Shown piece by piece: positions 1-12,787 of a stretch of DNA of 64,000 nucleotides. Both the position numbers and the translations under genes were made by a program. The first letter of the stretch is position 1; the number at the start of each line of letters is the position of its first letter. This DNA is from Phoronis australis (lineage: Eukaryota > Animalia > Phoronida): positions 989,805 through 1,053,804 of the forward strand of contig NMRA01000040.1 in the NCBI GenBank assembly GCA_002633005.1, given 5' to 3'. The notes beneath the pieces are model-generated. The model was not told where the DNA came from. It saw only the letters and a list, made by a program, of their open reading frames with translations, and did no database searches.

Positions 1-311
1 TATGTTTAGTGTCTTTTCAGACACTGACTGCGTCATCATTGACAGTGCCCACTGAAGCAATGGCAAATGTCTACCATATACCTAAATAGGTGTAAAGCGT
101 CTTAAATGTTGGTGAATATTGTTTTCATGAAAAACGGAAAATAATTGTTCATGATGTTTATTATGTAGCACAATATACACAAAGCTTATCAAACAAGTGA
201 AAACCAACAAGGAAACAATCATTTACTTATTACTGAATGACGTCAGTTCAATGGTTTTACAAAGCCTTGAAATAAACATGAGAAAACAAGTTCATTGTTC
301 CCTTTTGTCAG

Positions 312-1681
312 AGCGGAGCCTCAGTTACTGAACTTAGAGGTTTTTAATCGCATAATTTGGCTCGTTTCCCAGAGAGACTTTTTACCCAGGCATTGAGCAA
401 CCTATGCAAGGCATTGGTATTACATCCACACAATTTAACAAACTTGAGTGACTTGGTCTTCGGGAGGGCAGAGGAAGCTCACTTGTGTCTAGACAAGTAC
501 GTAGAAAACTCAGTTAAGGACAGTGAAACGGAAACATCGCGGGGACTTGAATTCCATGTATGCCATAACAGGGCCTGATCAAACTCTGCGACAGAGCTCA
601 CAAACACTTCTGAACAACAGCGCGTTCAAGAATGAACTGGCAAAGTTCCTTTTGACGGAATGGAGAAAAGACCATTATTGGTATATGTTTGGTGGGAAAA
701 CCTTGTTTGTTTCCCACGGTGGTGACTGCTACCAGTTCTTTCCCGACGATAACCAGCAAATCATGGTGACAAAACCTGCCCATCTCCAAGGTGATCACGA
801 GGAAGCGGATACGCCGATTGCGTTCCACGTCGCAAACATCCCAATCGGTCATGTTATGGTGAGGGCTTCAGATACAGATGTTTTAGTAATCTTGCTTGAT
901 ACACTCGGACAACAGCGGCGAGAAATAAGATCAACGACCAACGATGTCATGGACTGTGGGATGGGAAATAACAGATGATTTATCAACATTTCCGACATAG
1001 CAAACGTTCTTGAAGAGCGCAAGTATGGACTTGCCAGAGCAATGCCTGGATACCATGCCTTCACTGGATGTGACTACACATCTGCCTTTTATAGGTATGT
1101 TATCGAAATCTTGATTATTGCAGTAGTGACAAGAATTGAATGAATTCGATTACAGTGAGGAGAACTGATTGAATTCGATTAGCTGTGATTACGTCTGCCA
1201 TGTAAATGAAGTCTAAGTAACGTATAATGGTTGCCTCCTTTAAATAAAAAAGATTTCTATTATGAATTAGTTGTACACGTCATTCCTTATTTTCTAGAAN
1301 ATTTCCTTTCAGGAGAATCCACTTGCAAATTTAAGGCGAATTGACTGTGCGTTGCTCCCACCTTGTCTCCGTAGTCTGCAGATGAAGATTCGCCGAACTC
1401 AGTACGTCACAGCGCTATGGACCCGTGCCGCGACAGCATATCCCGGGGCTGGACTGACACCAACTGATTATGGTTGGCATGCAACTGAAACTCACACACT
1501 TCTGCCAGTTTGGTTTGAGGGGTCCATTCTCCCTGACATATTGTTCGGTTCGAATGCAGAAGTCAACAACAGTAACCTTGGGAATGAAGCAACCAGCATT
1601 TGAGATAGTTCTTCTGAAGAACTGTCAGATTCCGAAGTTGATCCATGGAGTGAAGACTCCGACTCTGATGAAGAGGATTAA
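312..1681 (+). pseudogene. Decayed, intron-containing XPG/FEN1-type (PIN-fold) nuclease gene, probably the 3' part of an AcademX-type DNA transposon ORF
   Basis: The reading contains HEEADT, RASDTDVLVIL and GYHAFTGCDYTSAFY, then LLPPC...RTQYVTALW...PTDYGW and an acidic tail ending at TAA 1681. Lesions are a +1 frameshift near 527 and in-frame TGAs at 976 and 1601. Splice signals: AG acceptor 310-311, donor GTATGT 1095, acceptor 1311-1312 (an N at 1300 may hide missing sequence). Confidence 0.7.
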
Positions 1682-2274
1682 TTACGGCACTTTGGATTCG
1701 ACTAAAACATGCACAGGGAATAATTTGGGTCATTGGAATGAGAGTGAATATTGGTTATAGCGATAAGTCTCCTTTTATATTTTTGTGTTTGTTACCCATG
1801 AATGGTGTTCTCCAAAAAGGATGAAAAAGCCTTTATGGCAACTGACATTTGGTTCATATAGTCGTCTTAAAGCTGTAACGTAGATAAAACATTCTGTTCA
1901 TGTTGCGAACTTGTTATTCACATTGCTCGGGAATAACGAGTCCTGATAGTTTTTCAGTTAATTTAGTTTGATAAGCATTTTATTTGCCCGACACAGATAT
2001 TCGGACAATAGAACTGTTCACTTTATGTCTTCGTGGTGGACTTTTGGAAACTGAGTGGAACGAGGGAATTGGTGTGGTCGTCCGAAGAGATGAGATCTCA
2101 GAAATAGTTTTACAAAGGTATTTTTGAGAGCGGCCGTCTGGCGCGGGACGCCGGAGCAACGGGCCGGCTTCAAAAAAAAAAAAAAAAACGGAACGGAAAG
2201 CTTCAGATTTGCTCAGTTCCCAATATTTGAACACTAGTTCTCAAAATACGAATGTTTTAGTAGCTGACGATACA

Positions 2275-3009
2275 CAGGGGTGGATCCAGGATTTTGAGTT
2301 GGGGCCGGGGGGGACATGCAGGGCAGAGTATTAGCCAGGATTTTGTCCGTCATACATTCGCACCTCCATTACAGTGTTCTGTCGTTCAGTAACTTTTCCA
2401 GACGTGAGGGCTGCTGAACGTGCGATAACATCTGGCTCTTTTGTTAAATGCCCAGCTCAGTCTTTTGTCCCAAGCAGACCAATTATCTCCCAGGCTTCAA
2501 GGGAAACGTATGGTGGTTGCACGCTATTACTGAACGCGTATTCAGAACACAGTCAAACCCAGTGCGTTGGATCCGTTTGGACAGAATAGATTGTCTTAAA
2601 TTCTGTTGTAGTTGGGCTATTTTGGTGATTCAAAAACTTAACATGATCAGCATTTGACGAGGAATTCAAAAATGAATGCTATTGGTTTAAGCTCAAATAT
2701 GTTATAACCCAACTTTCATTTTTATCAGCCCAGCCCAGTCAGGCTAGATAGGTTCTGATCGGAGATTAGAGCAACTATCGAACAAAAGAGCGCGGGCCCT
2801 CCAACCATAAATGCCAGAATGGAGTTAATCAGTCGTGTAAGATATTGGCTACCGTGGGGTAAACTTCCCAACTTATTATTGGGCTATAGAATCGAACAAG
2901 TTGGGAGCAACGGGATGTCGCCGACATGCCGAACTGCCAAATGGAATCTGGGAGAATTTTAGGGGGCATGACCCCCTTGCCCTCCCCCCTCCCCTTAAAT
3001 CCGCCACCG
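2275..3009. mobile_element. MITE of the CAGGGGCGGATCCAGG/CAGTGGCGGA-end family, with extra internal sequence
   Basis: The left end CAGGGGTGGATCCAGGATTTTGAGTTGGGG matches the reverse complement of 4620-4648. Positions 2929-3009 match the reverse complement of 4338-4410. Confidence 0.55.
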
Positions 3010-4337
3010 ACACCGAGTTAAGCCAGAAAAGCATCATTGAGAAAACGCCAGACCAATTCTGATCGCGAGAGGCGGACTCGGATGTCGCCATCATGCAAGC
3101 GACACACGTGATAAACTAGCTTGGCTCGTTTGCGACCTTATGGAACTCAACCCTGGTCTGTGTCTGTACTTTTCAAACCACTGTTCCGCGCATCACCTCA
3201 CTGGTGATTTCACCTCTGGGTTTAACTGTCGTACAAGGTGCCTGTTCGCCCTGGCTTTTAGCTTAACTTGGGCGGAAATCGAATTAGGCCTTTGACTGTC
3301 ATATAATCGGTCTCACACCATGATAAGTCTATTTCCGTTACTAACAAGACCATCGTTCCCTGTAACTTGAGTTACCGGCACACTTGGCAAAAATTCAAAA
3401 TAGGATGAGCGTGGTAATGTTTTTTACTGAAGACCAAAGCGTCTTGACTGCTAAATAGGAATGACAATACAACTTCAACTGGGAACTGGGGTCTCATCCT
3501 TTCGACTACATGCACGCACCCATCCTAAGAAATGGGGGGCTCGAATTTTTGAAAATGTGGACGTTTTACTGAGATTCACGGGGTGCGTTCAGAGCTATGA
3601 TTGTGCATTCGCCGAATTTTGGTAGTTCTTGCCTTTTTGAGTGGACTTTGTCTCGTTTTGTACTTTCTTTGGAGTTGTTATTTCTTGAAGGCGGATCTTT
3701 TTGCCCACTTCGCAAAATGGGGGGCGCATTCGACCCATCCTCCTCCCCCCTCCCCCTCTTCCGCCCATTGGCTAGAAATGGAGTAATAGGCACTTATTTT
3801 GGCTCAGTATTGAAACAGGAGAGTGTTAAAATAATTTCAATACATTAATTAAAATAATCCCGTAAAAAGAGTACAAGTTGCGCATTTGGTGGTGAGTAAG
3901 GAGAAATCTCATTTGATTTGCCGCTTTTGTGTGGGGCTATCTAATCATTTGTTTCTACAGAACACTATTTTGTACGCATTTGTGCATTGTTTACGTGTTC
4001 GTTAAAAGTGTAGAATGTACGTTCGCACCCCCAATCAGCGCGAAATGGAGTCACTCTTTTTTTCAATCACCAAAGGACTAAAGATCCGTTTTGTGTTTTG
4101 TGTAGTGCTATGTACTCTCAGTCGACGAAATTTTTACATGCTTTTCTATAACCAGCTTTACAATATTTTGAACGACACTCAAAACTTTACAATCTTTGAA
4201 ACATCTCAGTTGTTGCTCACCTGATGCCGGTATATGAATTCGCTGAGAAGTATCATGGTAAATCCAGTATAGATGTACATTTTGTAATTCTAGTGACCTA
4301 GTGGATCGAAACACCATAGAGGCGTAAATGCAGTGGC

Positions 4338-4648
4338 CAGTGGCGGACTTAGGGGGAGGGGCAAGGGGGCCATGCCCCCCAAATCCTCCCAGATACCATT
4401 TGGCAGTTCGGGGTGCGAATTGCTGATAGCATATGAGCGCATCCAGGGGGGCTCGGGGAGGGGGGCGAATGCACAATGCATAGGCCTTGAAGAAACCCCA
4501 TTTACCGTTTTTTTTTTGTAATAAGGTCCGCAAACCCAAAAATTCGGAACCCCTGCATCCCTACATTTTAGGCTGGGCGCGCATGTGCCGAAATTATGGT
4601 TATTCCTGTGCCCTGCCCCCCCCAACTCAGAATCCTGGATCCGCCCTG
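4338..4648. mobile_element. MITE with CAGTGGCGGA...TCCGCCCTG ends and an apparent 5-bp TSD
   Basis: Short imperfect TIRs. The flanks are GTGGC (4333-4337) and GTAGC (4649-4653). It is an inverted relative of 2275-3009. Confidence 0.65.
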
Positions 4649-5639
4649 GTAGCCATCTTTTGTTGTTTCGGTTAACATTTCCGAAAGACGTAATGGGCTA
4701 CGTGAACAACGTGATTCTCTGAACATGCCCTACGGGAGCAGTATTTCCTGCTACTTGAGTTAAAAAAGTCTGAACTTGGTCAAGGACTCCAAGCACGGCC
4801 ATTGGCGTATTTGACAGGGGGGGAGGAGGGGGTTGGGGTGAGCTAATGCCCCAGATTCGGCAAGAATTGTGGAGGTTTTGGACAAATTGTGGAAAATTTC
4901 GGGCAGCACACCATCCAATGGAGAAGCGCGGGAAATAGTATAGAAATCCCTGTATGGATTACAAAAAGTGGAAGAAATATATCAGAAAGTGTTCCCTTAG
5001 AAAGTAGGTCTGATAGAAAAACGTGTTTTTATGATCATTTGTAAGTCAATCACGTGCAAACACTCCTTGCTGAACAATGTACTGAACGTCATAATCCAGC
5101 GGATAAATTTTGAAGTTTTATTCAACGCAGCCCTGCCAGGCAATCCCGCGGCATTGCCTACGTTTCAATGAATTTTGATGCAGCGTGTTGAAATCCGGTA
5201 ATATGGACATCATTCCGTTATCAAACAGCTTATTTCGTAAGCAATTTTTATCAACCTGGAGTAACCAACTCGAAAGAAGTTTTCGGAACCCATTAGCGGG
5301 TGCGTACTGCGCCAGGAGCCNCGGGGAGATCTCGTCTTTGGGCAACCTCGAAGCTTTGTTGCATTGTTACACTACAAAATAATCTATATCATACAGATAC
5401 CCCACCCAGGCCGTACGCCTTCGCATATAGCGGAGTGCGTTAATTTTGTCGGCCTACGGCAGTGAATGGGCTCAAAAACTTGATTCTCAATGAGCTGCAA
5501 GTTTTACAAGCCCCGTCGGTAAGTGTGTTGGAGTCTCTGTTCAGACTCCGACTCTAAACTGTTTTTTCCGTATGATTACAACCGTTTAGGCCAGAGAACC
5601 TTTTATTCGAAAAAACGTATACATGCGCGCACCCAGGGG

Positions 5640-5910
5640 NNNNNNNNNNNNNNNNNNNNNNNNNNNNNNNNNNNNNNNNNNNNNNNNNNNNNNNNNNNNN
5701 NNNNNNNNNNNNNNNNNNNNNNNNNNNNNNNNNNNNNNNNNNNNNNNNNNNNNNNNNNNNNNNNNNNNNNNNNNNNNNNNNNNNNNNNNNNNNNNNNNNN
5801 NNNNNNNNNNNNNNNNNNNNNNNNNNNNNNNNNNNNNNNNNNNNNNNNNNNNNNNNNNNNNNNNNNNNNNNNNNNNNNNNNNNNNNNNNNNNNNNNNNNN
5901 NNNNNNNNNN
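5640..5910. other. Assembly gap (N run)
   Basis: Run of N characters. The ORFs spanning it are artefacts. Confidence 0.99.
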
Positions 5911-6321
5911 ACCTGGGCCCGGTCTCCAATCTTTTTACTCGAAATGGAACTCGAAATTAGGTTTGGCATTTTCTACTCTACTTTTGGGCGAACTCAAGAT
6001 AAGTGTCTATTATTCTATGCTCGAGTATACAATAACTTACGTAGATAATTTATTGCCCTTAGTTCACAGTTTGTAAACCCAATATTAAAGCAATAAGTTC
6101 GAGTTTGAACTCGAAATTTCGAGTTTTTACTCGAGATTGTAGCACGAATATAAGGGTTTTCAAGGGCAAACTTGAACTAGAAACTCCTATGCATTAACTA
6201 TAATGTATTCGAGCACAGTCTGATAACCAATTATCTTAAGTTCGCACAAAAGGAGCAGAGAAATTGCCAAAAATAGTTTCGAGTTCGTTTCGAGTACAAA
6301 GATTAGAGACCGGGCCCAGGT
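5911..6321. mobile_element. MITE with ~45-bp TIRs (possibly PIF/Harbinger-type)
   Basis: ACCTGGGCCCGGTCTCCAATCTTTTTACTCGAAATGGAACTCGAAA at the left matches the reverse complement of the right end ...TTTCGAGTTCGTTTCGAGTACAAAGATTAGAGACCGGGCCCAGGT. ACTCGAAA/TTCGAGT motifs recur internally. The left flank is hidden by the gap. Confidence 0.8.
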
Positions 6322-6374
6322 ATCCCCTCCCTCTCCGCCATCGCTCACGCACTTGAAATTAAAAGCGACATCTA

Positions 6375-6680
6375 TTGCGTGACGTCACCTGCCCGTAGAC
6401 TGCGGGGCGAAACTTGTTTGACTGGGTGTGCCCTAAAATACAAGTCGAATCGTTGAACGAAAATCGAAGCAAATGACCACAAATTTTCAAGAGAAGTTAT
6501 GAGCATAGAGAATTAAAAGGTACATCCTTCTAAAGGCAAATATACTTGTTTTACAGAAAGAAACTCGACTTTTTCGTTATCGGAGGCCGCCATTTTGAAT
6601 TATAGGCTACAGGTAAACTGTATCTGTAAATGAGCCCAGGTAAACTTTCCTTGAATGATCGTCATAATCGCAGGTAATTC
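6375..6680 (+). promoter_or_regulatory. Candidate promoter or non-coding first exon for the myosin gene
   Basis: CRE palindrome TGACGTCA at 6380-6387, YY1-type GGCCGCCATTTTG at ~6585-6597, locally CpG-richer sequence, then CAG|GTAAA-type donors at 6613 and 6640 and CAG|GTAAT at 6674. No transcript evidence. Confidence 0.25.
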
Positions 6681-7464
6681 ATCGAATTTGTGACTGTCGC
6701 AAATCTGTGGACAAGTTGCTTGTTGAGTTAAGTGTTATGATTTTGATTTTTGTGCAGCATATTCACAATATCGTTTTCGAATCGATACTGTGTAAAATAA
6801 GTGTCAGTCATTCATTCAGTGATTCTCATTCTTTGCACAACTACTAAAATGTGATGTTGAAGGTTCAATCTTATTCAGTATACAGCAGTGGGTGATGTTG
6901 GTGTCTTTCTCTCGGTTTATAGATTCTTACGTGTCATTGATTCTGTGTCTAAAGTTGATGTGACATTTGCATATACAGAGGTGGAAAAAGTCAAATACTG
7001 TTCAAAATAGACGGGTCCCTCATCGAAATGGCTATTATTCAGTGAAAACTGTATGGTTTCCAGCAGCCATATTGGTAAAAGTGACAAATATGCTTCCCTA
7101 TAGTCCTCACTGCCTCACCTTTCTCGGTAAATGTAATTAATGTCTTGGGTAGTAATATACTTTATAGGCAAAGCCTATAGGCCTACTCTCCTTTCGATGT
7201 TATTCGTTATTCGTGCTTTAAAACGGCCAGTGTTGCACAAATACGAACAAAATTTCCCATACTTAATTCTCTCGCCTACTGACGCCATATTTGAGAGTAA
7301 GAGAACGCACGTCGTGTATAATTATGTCCAGCAAAGGACTACGAACGGTTTTTACTAAAACCACAGCCGTAGGCTGTAGTATAACCAAATTCGCTGAACA
7401 AGATGATAAAGTGGTCTCCACCTACCACACGCTACAAAAACTTTCTTCAACTCGAATTAAAATG

Positions 7465-7830
7465 TTTGGTTATATGGATAAAATTTATCCGCATGGACCA
7501 AACTGTTGAACGTGGTCGTCGAGTATGCTTCCAGCGACCACGCTGCTGACTGAAGGGGTGGTCGTATGGGCAAAAATTATCCGCCCGACCACAGCACTCT
7601 GAGACTCGAGCAAAATCGTGTCACTGTTGTACGGACAAAAATTAGCAGCCCCGACCATGCTCTCTCAGTCATTTAAAATGCATTGTCGTAGAGGCAAAAA
7701 TTATCCGTCTGGATCACGCCTTCTCTAAGTCACATAAAGCGCGTGTTCATATCGACCACGCTATCTGATTCATGTAATGCACGTGGTTGTATGGGCAAAA
7801 ATTGTCCGTTGGGTCCACGCGTTCTCTACT
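7465..7830. repeat. Diverged ~59-bp tandem repeat with internally palindromic units (left block)
   Basis: The unit is approximately GCGTGGTCGTATGGGCAAAAATTATCCGnnCGACCACGC plus a spacer, about 6-7 degenerate copies. Confidence 0.75.
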
Positions 7831-7839
7831 AAGACACTC

Positions 7840-8866
7840 AAAAGGATCCTGAAGTACAAAAACATGTATTTTTAATGTAATATAGTTGATGAATAAAGTC
7901 TATATCAGAAATCACATCTTTGTTTTTCTTTCACATTTTTGTAAAATGTTTTTCCAATTTTAATTCCTATTGGCTAACGTGCCTCTGACGTCACTGAGGC
8001 TTTACCATGGGTGAAAGCAATGAGATAAATTAAGCTTATTATGTATATAGCTCATTGAGTGAATGCCTCTTGGCTACAGAACTGTGCTTAATGTGTATAA
8101 CTCGTCTGCTATCTCGGCTCTCAAAAGTTCATAATACAAGTTACTGCGTGTAATGCTGACTATTAGTGGATCAAACGATGCCGTTCTGCATCAGGCCAGG
8201 CAGGGCCCCCCCCACTGCGTAGCCTTGCCTTGGTGCAAACTTGTAAACTAAATATACAGCCGTTGCGCCGATGTGGGTAAAGACTGATCAAATATAACCT
8301 GACGCAAAATCAATGTCATTAAAAGCTACTCTCTTCCTTGAGTAAACTAAATTATCTACCAATGTTGAAAAATTGACGTTCTACCGTTCCCTCTGCTGCT
8401 AAAATTGGGCGCGCTCTTTTAGGTCGGCTATCCACGGAGCTGATTTCATTTCCTTTCAAGTTTTTAGTATTTAATACCAGCTAACCGAATTTCAGACCAA
8501 AATTTGCTCTTGCAAAGCTGTCACCATCTCCTGAGAGATGTTGCAAAATTTTACGAAATGGTGCGTGTTGAGCGTACTGTTTTCAAAACGACGACTGAAT
8601 TTTATTTGTTACAAAAGGGTGAGAATTATGAGAGAAAATGATGTTTATTAGATTGTTTTTCACTTAAAAAGGTCTCTTTGTGTAGTACAGCCTCAGTGAC
8701 GTCACAAAAACAGCGCTTGCAGGGGGGCTTTACGGAACTAATAAATTTTTAGTTTTCAAAGTAAAAAAAAAAATACTGTGCACTATTTAAGAAGATATGA
8801 ATGCCAGTAACCAACCTTTTTACTTTCAAAATTCATATTAAAATGCTGAAACATGTAATTCTTTTA
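7840..8866. mobile_element. ~1-kb non-coding insert splitting the 59-bp array (probable non-autonomous DNA transposon)
   Basis: The array stops at ~7830 and resumes at ~8868. A perfect 16-bp subterminal inverted pair lies inside: TGACGTCACTGAGGCT (7986-8001) and AGCCTCAGTGACGTCA (8689-8704). The termini are not clean. Confidence 0.45.
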
Positions 8867-8867
8867 G

Positions 8868-9165
8868 AGCGCGTGGTCGTATAGACAAAAACTGCCTGCC
8901 CAATCTCAAGCATTCTGAGACTCGAGCAAAATCGCGTCTGGTCGGAGCCTACAAAAATTAACAAACTGACCATGTTCTCGAAGTGAATTAATGCGCGTGG
9001 TCGTATGGGCACAAATTATCCGTCTTGACCACGCCTTCTCTAAATGACATAAAGCGCGTGGTTGTATGAACGAAAATTGTCTGCCCGACCACAAGCTCTC
9101 AAAGTCATTTAGGGCGCGTGGTCATATAACAGAAAACGGTTTGTTCCGATCAGAAACACGTTCAG
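8868..9165. repeat. Diverged ~59-bp palindromic tandem repeat (right block)
   Basis: GCGCGTGGTCGT recurs at ~8868, 8993, 9054 and 9114. It shares the distinctive variants GAGACTCGAGCAAAATCG and CACGCCTTCTCTAA with the left block. Confidence 0.75.
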
Positions 9166-12050
9166 TAACTGACACTTATCAGGGCTCGACGCTACTTCAA
9201 AATCTAGCTCGCATTCATAAATGCTAGGTCGCTAAATTTTCCCGCCATTTTTAGGCGCCAAAATTGATTTTTAAGATCATCGAGAAAATGTTTATATTAT
9301 GCTCTTACCTGCAGGTTTAAATACTCACAAATTTCATATCACAAAATTGAGTTCGTTCATGCAGGTACGGCATTAGCGTTCTTCACTACCGCCATTGAAA
9401 GCCTGTGGAGTGCAAGGCAAGTTGCCGACATAAAAGTTGAATCAGTGCTCTGTAAATGACACATGCATTCGAGTAGCTAAGTTTGCAATGTGAAAAGGGA
9501 AAACATGCCTGTTGAAAAAGTAACCGCTATTTTGCTAGATCTGACCTGCTACTGGCTGTCATCGAAGTCATTAAAGATCCAAAATAACTCGGATTGCAAA
9601 TTTCATCCACTTTTTGTTTGCAGCCCAAATTTTGCAACTTAACTCGACTTTTGAAAAACATCTGTCGAAAAAAATCCGTGAAATGATGCCCTAACTGAAT
9701 GACGTATTTGGATGCGTGGGAACAATTCAGTGCAAATTTCACAACAAAAATGTGGTACTTGTGCTGTTTATGTACTCAACAATTAGTTTTCCATGAAATA
9801 ATTAGCCTCGAAATAATTCCCTACTCCGTGTGGGTTCCCATTGGGTAATTTGAGTTTGCTCCTCAATAGCGTTAACTTTCTTTCGGAGGTATAAAACAAA
9901 GCCGGGATTTGGTTTTTACATGTTGAGAAAGATGTTTTTTGAAAACTGTTTGTAGTGTAAAATGCGAGTGACACACTATTTTGTCTGCGTGTCAATTTTA
10001 AACCACGCGTGATTGTTTGTAATGCGCTATGATGGGCGCTAGCCGGAACTGTGGGCACTTAATTGGAAATTCTCAAAAGTTGAGGGGGAACGCTTATTAG
10101 ATCAGTGAGCGCTTATTACGAAACACTTCAAAGGTAAGGAGTAGACTTGTGTTTGTGGTAATAAGATATTAAAAGACTGCAATAGTAAGAAGCGTTATAA
10201 TAATACGATTTTGCGAGGCAGACTCATCTAGATCTATTTTTATGAATGGTAACTTCAAGACCAACTGTTTTCCCCCTCAAGAAATTCTAGTCTGACCATG
10301 TTACACGGAACCTGGTTTGTAAAGTTCACTTGGTAAATTGTGTTCCACTCCACTAGTGCCAATGCAGGACCTAACTGCATGACTACTTTAACTTCATACT
10401 TGAAATTGGATTTGGTTATAATGAATTTCGATTACAACAAATGTTTTAGAAAGGTCCTGGAGGGGTTTATCACATTGCAGCTCTACTGTAAATCTTTTTA
10501 TTTAATAATGCACTTTTTGCAAGTTGTCAGATTTTTTGACCAAATTCATAAAATGCTTAAACAATATCGTTTTACTCGCTTTCTAGGTTAGACAGTAGGT
10601 TCTAGTTGTATGCAATGTAGCATGTGTGTGTGTGTGTGTTGTGCTGTATTGGTTGTCTAGGGTAATAAACTATTTTGATTGAATTAGTCATGCTGGTTCA
10701 AGGGGATGTCATGAATTTTCAATGAAAATGTACTACCCGGTAGTCACAGTGCGCTACAAGATGGATAGACCACCTATACCCAAACTTTGGATACACCATT
10801 GTTTGCCTGCATGGTAGTTGAGTCATAGAATCTAGTCTGGGTATATTTCAATGCATATTTTCATACTTTTGTGATTCATAGCACTTGTTGATATTGATCG
10901 TTAAGGTAGTTAACAAATTAATAGGTGCCTGGTGGCTTAAAGTGAGCATTTTTGAGCTACTTAAATTTCTGTTTTCTCAACTGGCTGTGGACATACATTG
11001 GTTGCCGTACATATTTCTACTAGATTTGATTTGTTGTCAGTTCCAATTTTTCAACATTCACATCTTTATGGTTTTTCAAATGCTGCACTAATGTATTACC
11101 TATCACCGAGTCGATTATCATAGTACCAGATATACACTCAGAGTTGGGTCCTTCACAGGGCTTTATCCTGGATTTAGAAAATAGGGTGTTCAAAAAGGGT
11201 TCCCAATATTCCAGGGCGTCCATGATTCCAATGGCACGTAAACCCCCACTCCACGTTTCACTAGTAATCCCCCACACACACTGAGGTTTTTACAAAAAAA
11301 TGTGTAAACCAAGGCTTTTACATCTATGTTTACAAAAACATCTCTCTACGAGTGAGCTTTTTTACTAAAAACAGTGCATGGACCAAAACCTCTGTGTCTG
11401 AATTGACGAAAATAGCCAAGTAGCTTACCAAACAATTATTACAGATATTGTTTGAACAATGAGTGCACTATGTTGCTGGTGATCTGGTGTCAAATTGCTG
11501 TTATAAAGTTTGTCATTTCATTTTAACTAGCTTTTATATTCTGTACAGTGAGTCATCAGAGCTGCAGTTACCAGCACAAGGAAAATGCACAGATGATATA
11601 TGGTTTATATTTTGGCGACAGGTGTCCCTGCTTCTCCCATGGGCAGCGCACCTTTTTTCAGTGCTGCACAGCCCATGTCTCCATCATTAAAATATTAAAA
11701 CGCTCGTTGAAAAGCATGAAACGGGCGCAAACTCAAAAATTTTGAGTGGGCATATTCTTGTAGCACAATATAGTATTAAATTAATGACATTGATTTCCTC
11801 TTTTAGTGTTTTTAAAGAAATATGTAAAACATGAATCCACAGCTCTGAAACACCAGTTTGGAGTTAACCAAGGTCCATGCCTCTGTATTAAGTACTGAAT
11901 TACAATTTGAGATAAGACCACTGAAAGGAGATACTGCAACCAAACATCTTCTAGTGATTGACTAAGCAACAGTTTATATACATTGTATATTTCTTTCTGA
12001 GTTGAAAAGGTCAACACTTCTCTCTTGAACTATCATGGATATTTCACCCA

Positions 12051-12436
12051 ACAGCCTAACCTAATACAACCTGCACTAGTGCAACTTACCCCACTTTTAA
12101 GTGGGGCACACGCACACAGGCACACACAAACGCACATATGATAATTAGGGTAAGGCGGAAGTTGGTGCTCTGTAGGGGACAATGAACAGCTGATGGAAAT
12201 ATGGGGTGCAAAAGAAAATCTGTTCGTAAGCGCAGGTGATAATTACTTCCTCTTTGCCCCAGGTTTGCAGCCATACAGCAATTAGAAGTGGCATAAGTTA
12301 CCCTAGAACAATTTATTCTATCTTGATAAGGTAGAGTAAGTGGGGCAAGTTGCACTAGTTGAAATAGCTCCAGACAGCCCTTAAAACTAACGACTAAACT
12401 TCTTCCTGTGAGTAACTTGTTGTAGGGTGAGTCTGT
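12051..12436. mobile_element. MITE with ACTAGTGCAACTTACCCCACT subterminal inverted repeats
   Basis: ACTAGTGCAACTTACCCCACTT (~12076) pairs with AAGTGGGGCAAGTTGCACTAGT (~12338-12359). A related inverted copy lies at ~30290-30696. Confidence 0.6.
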
Positions 12437-12555
12437 GTGTGTGTGTGGAGGGCATTATAGTTTCATTAATTTATCCAAAACATAATTAATGTGGTTACAA
12501 CAGACCTGTGTACCATACGCAAAAAATGCGGATTCGTACGGAAATCAAGCCTCTA

Positions 12556-12787
12556 CAGTGGCGGAACTAGGATACCATAACGGGGGGGCCCCCGACATGT
12601 CATCGCAAAGTGCGACGATTGTATGTGGAGCAGGCCCGAAGTTGCGGGAGTGTAGTATGTGAACCATTTGTTTGGAAAATCTACCGGTGGACTAAAAAAA
12701 AAAACGGGGCGCCACATCCACACGATTCACGCTCTTGCTGTTCCATTTGGGCGGGCCCCCTGCCCCTCCCCCCTAAATCCGCCTTTG
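12556..12787. mobile_element. MITE with CAGTGGCGGA...TAAATCCGCCTTTG ends and a 5-bp TSD
   Basis: The flanks are CTCTA and CTCCA. The ends match the reverse complement of the 58577-58884 ends. Confidence 0.65.

Noticed and set aside
5523-6048. ORFs of 108-145 aa
   Set aside because: They are open only because they span the N gap.
7465-9165. CRISPR array
   Set aside because: The repeats are degenerate, the linkers are related to each other, there are no cas genes, and the context is a spliced eukaryotic locus.
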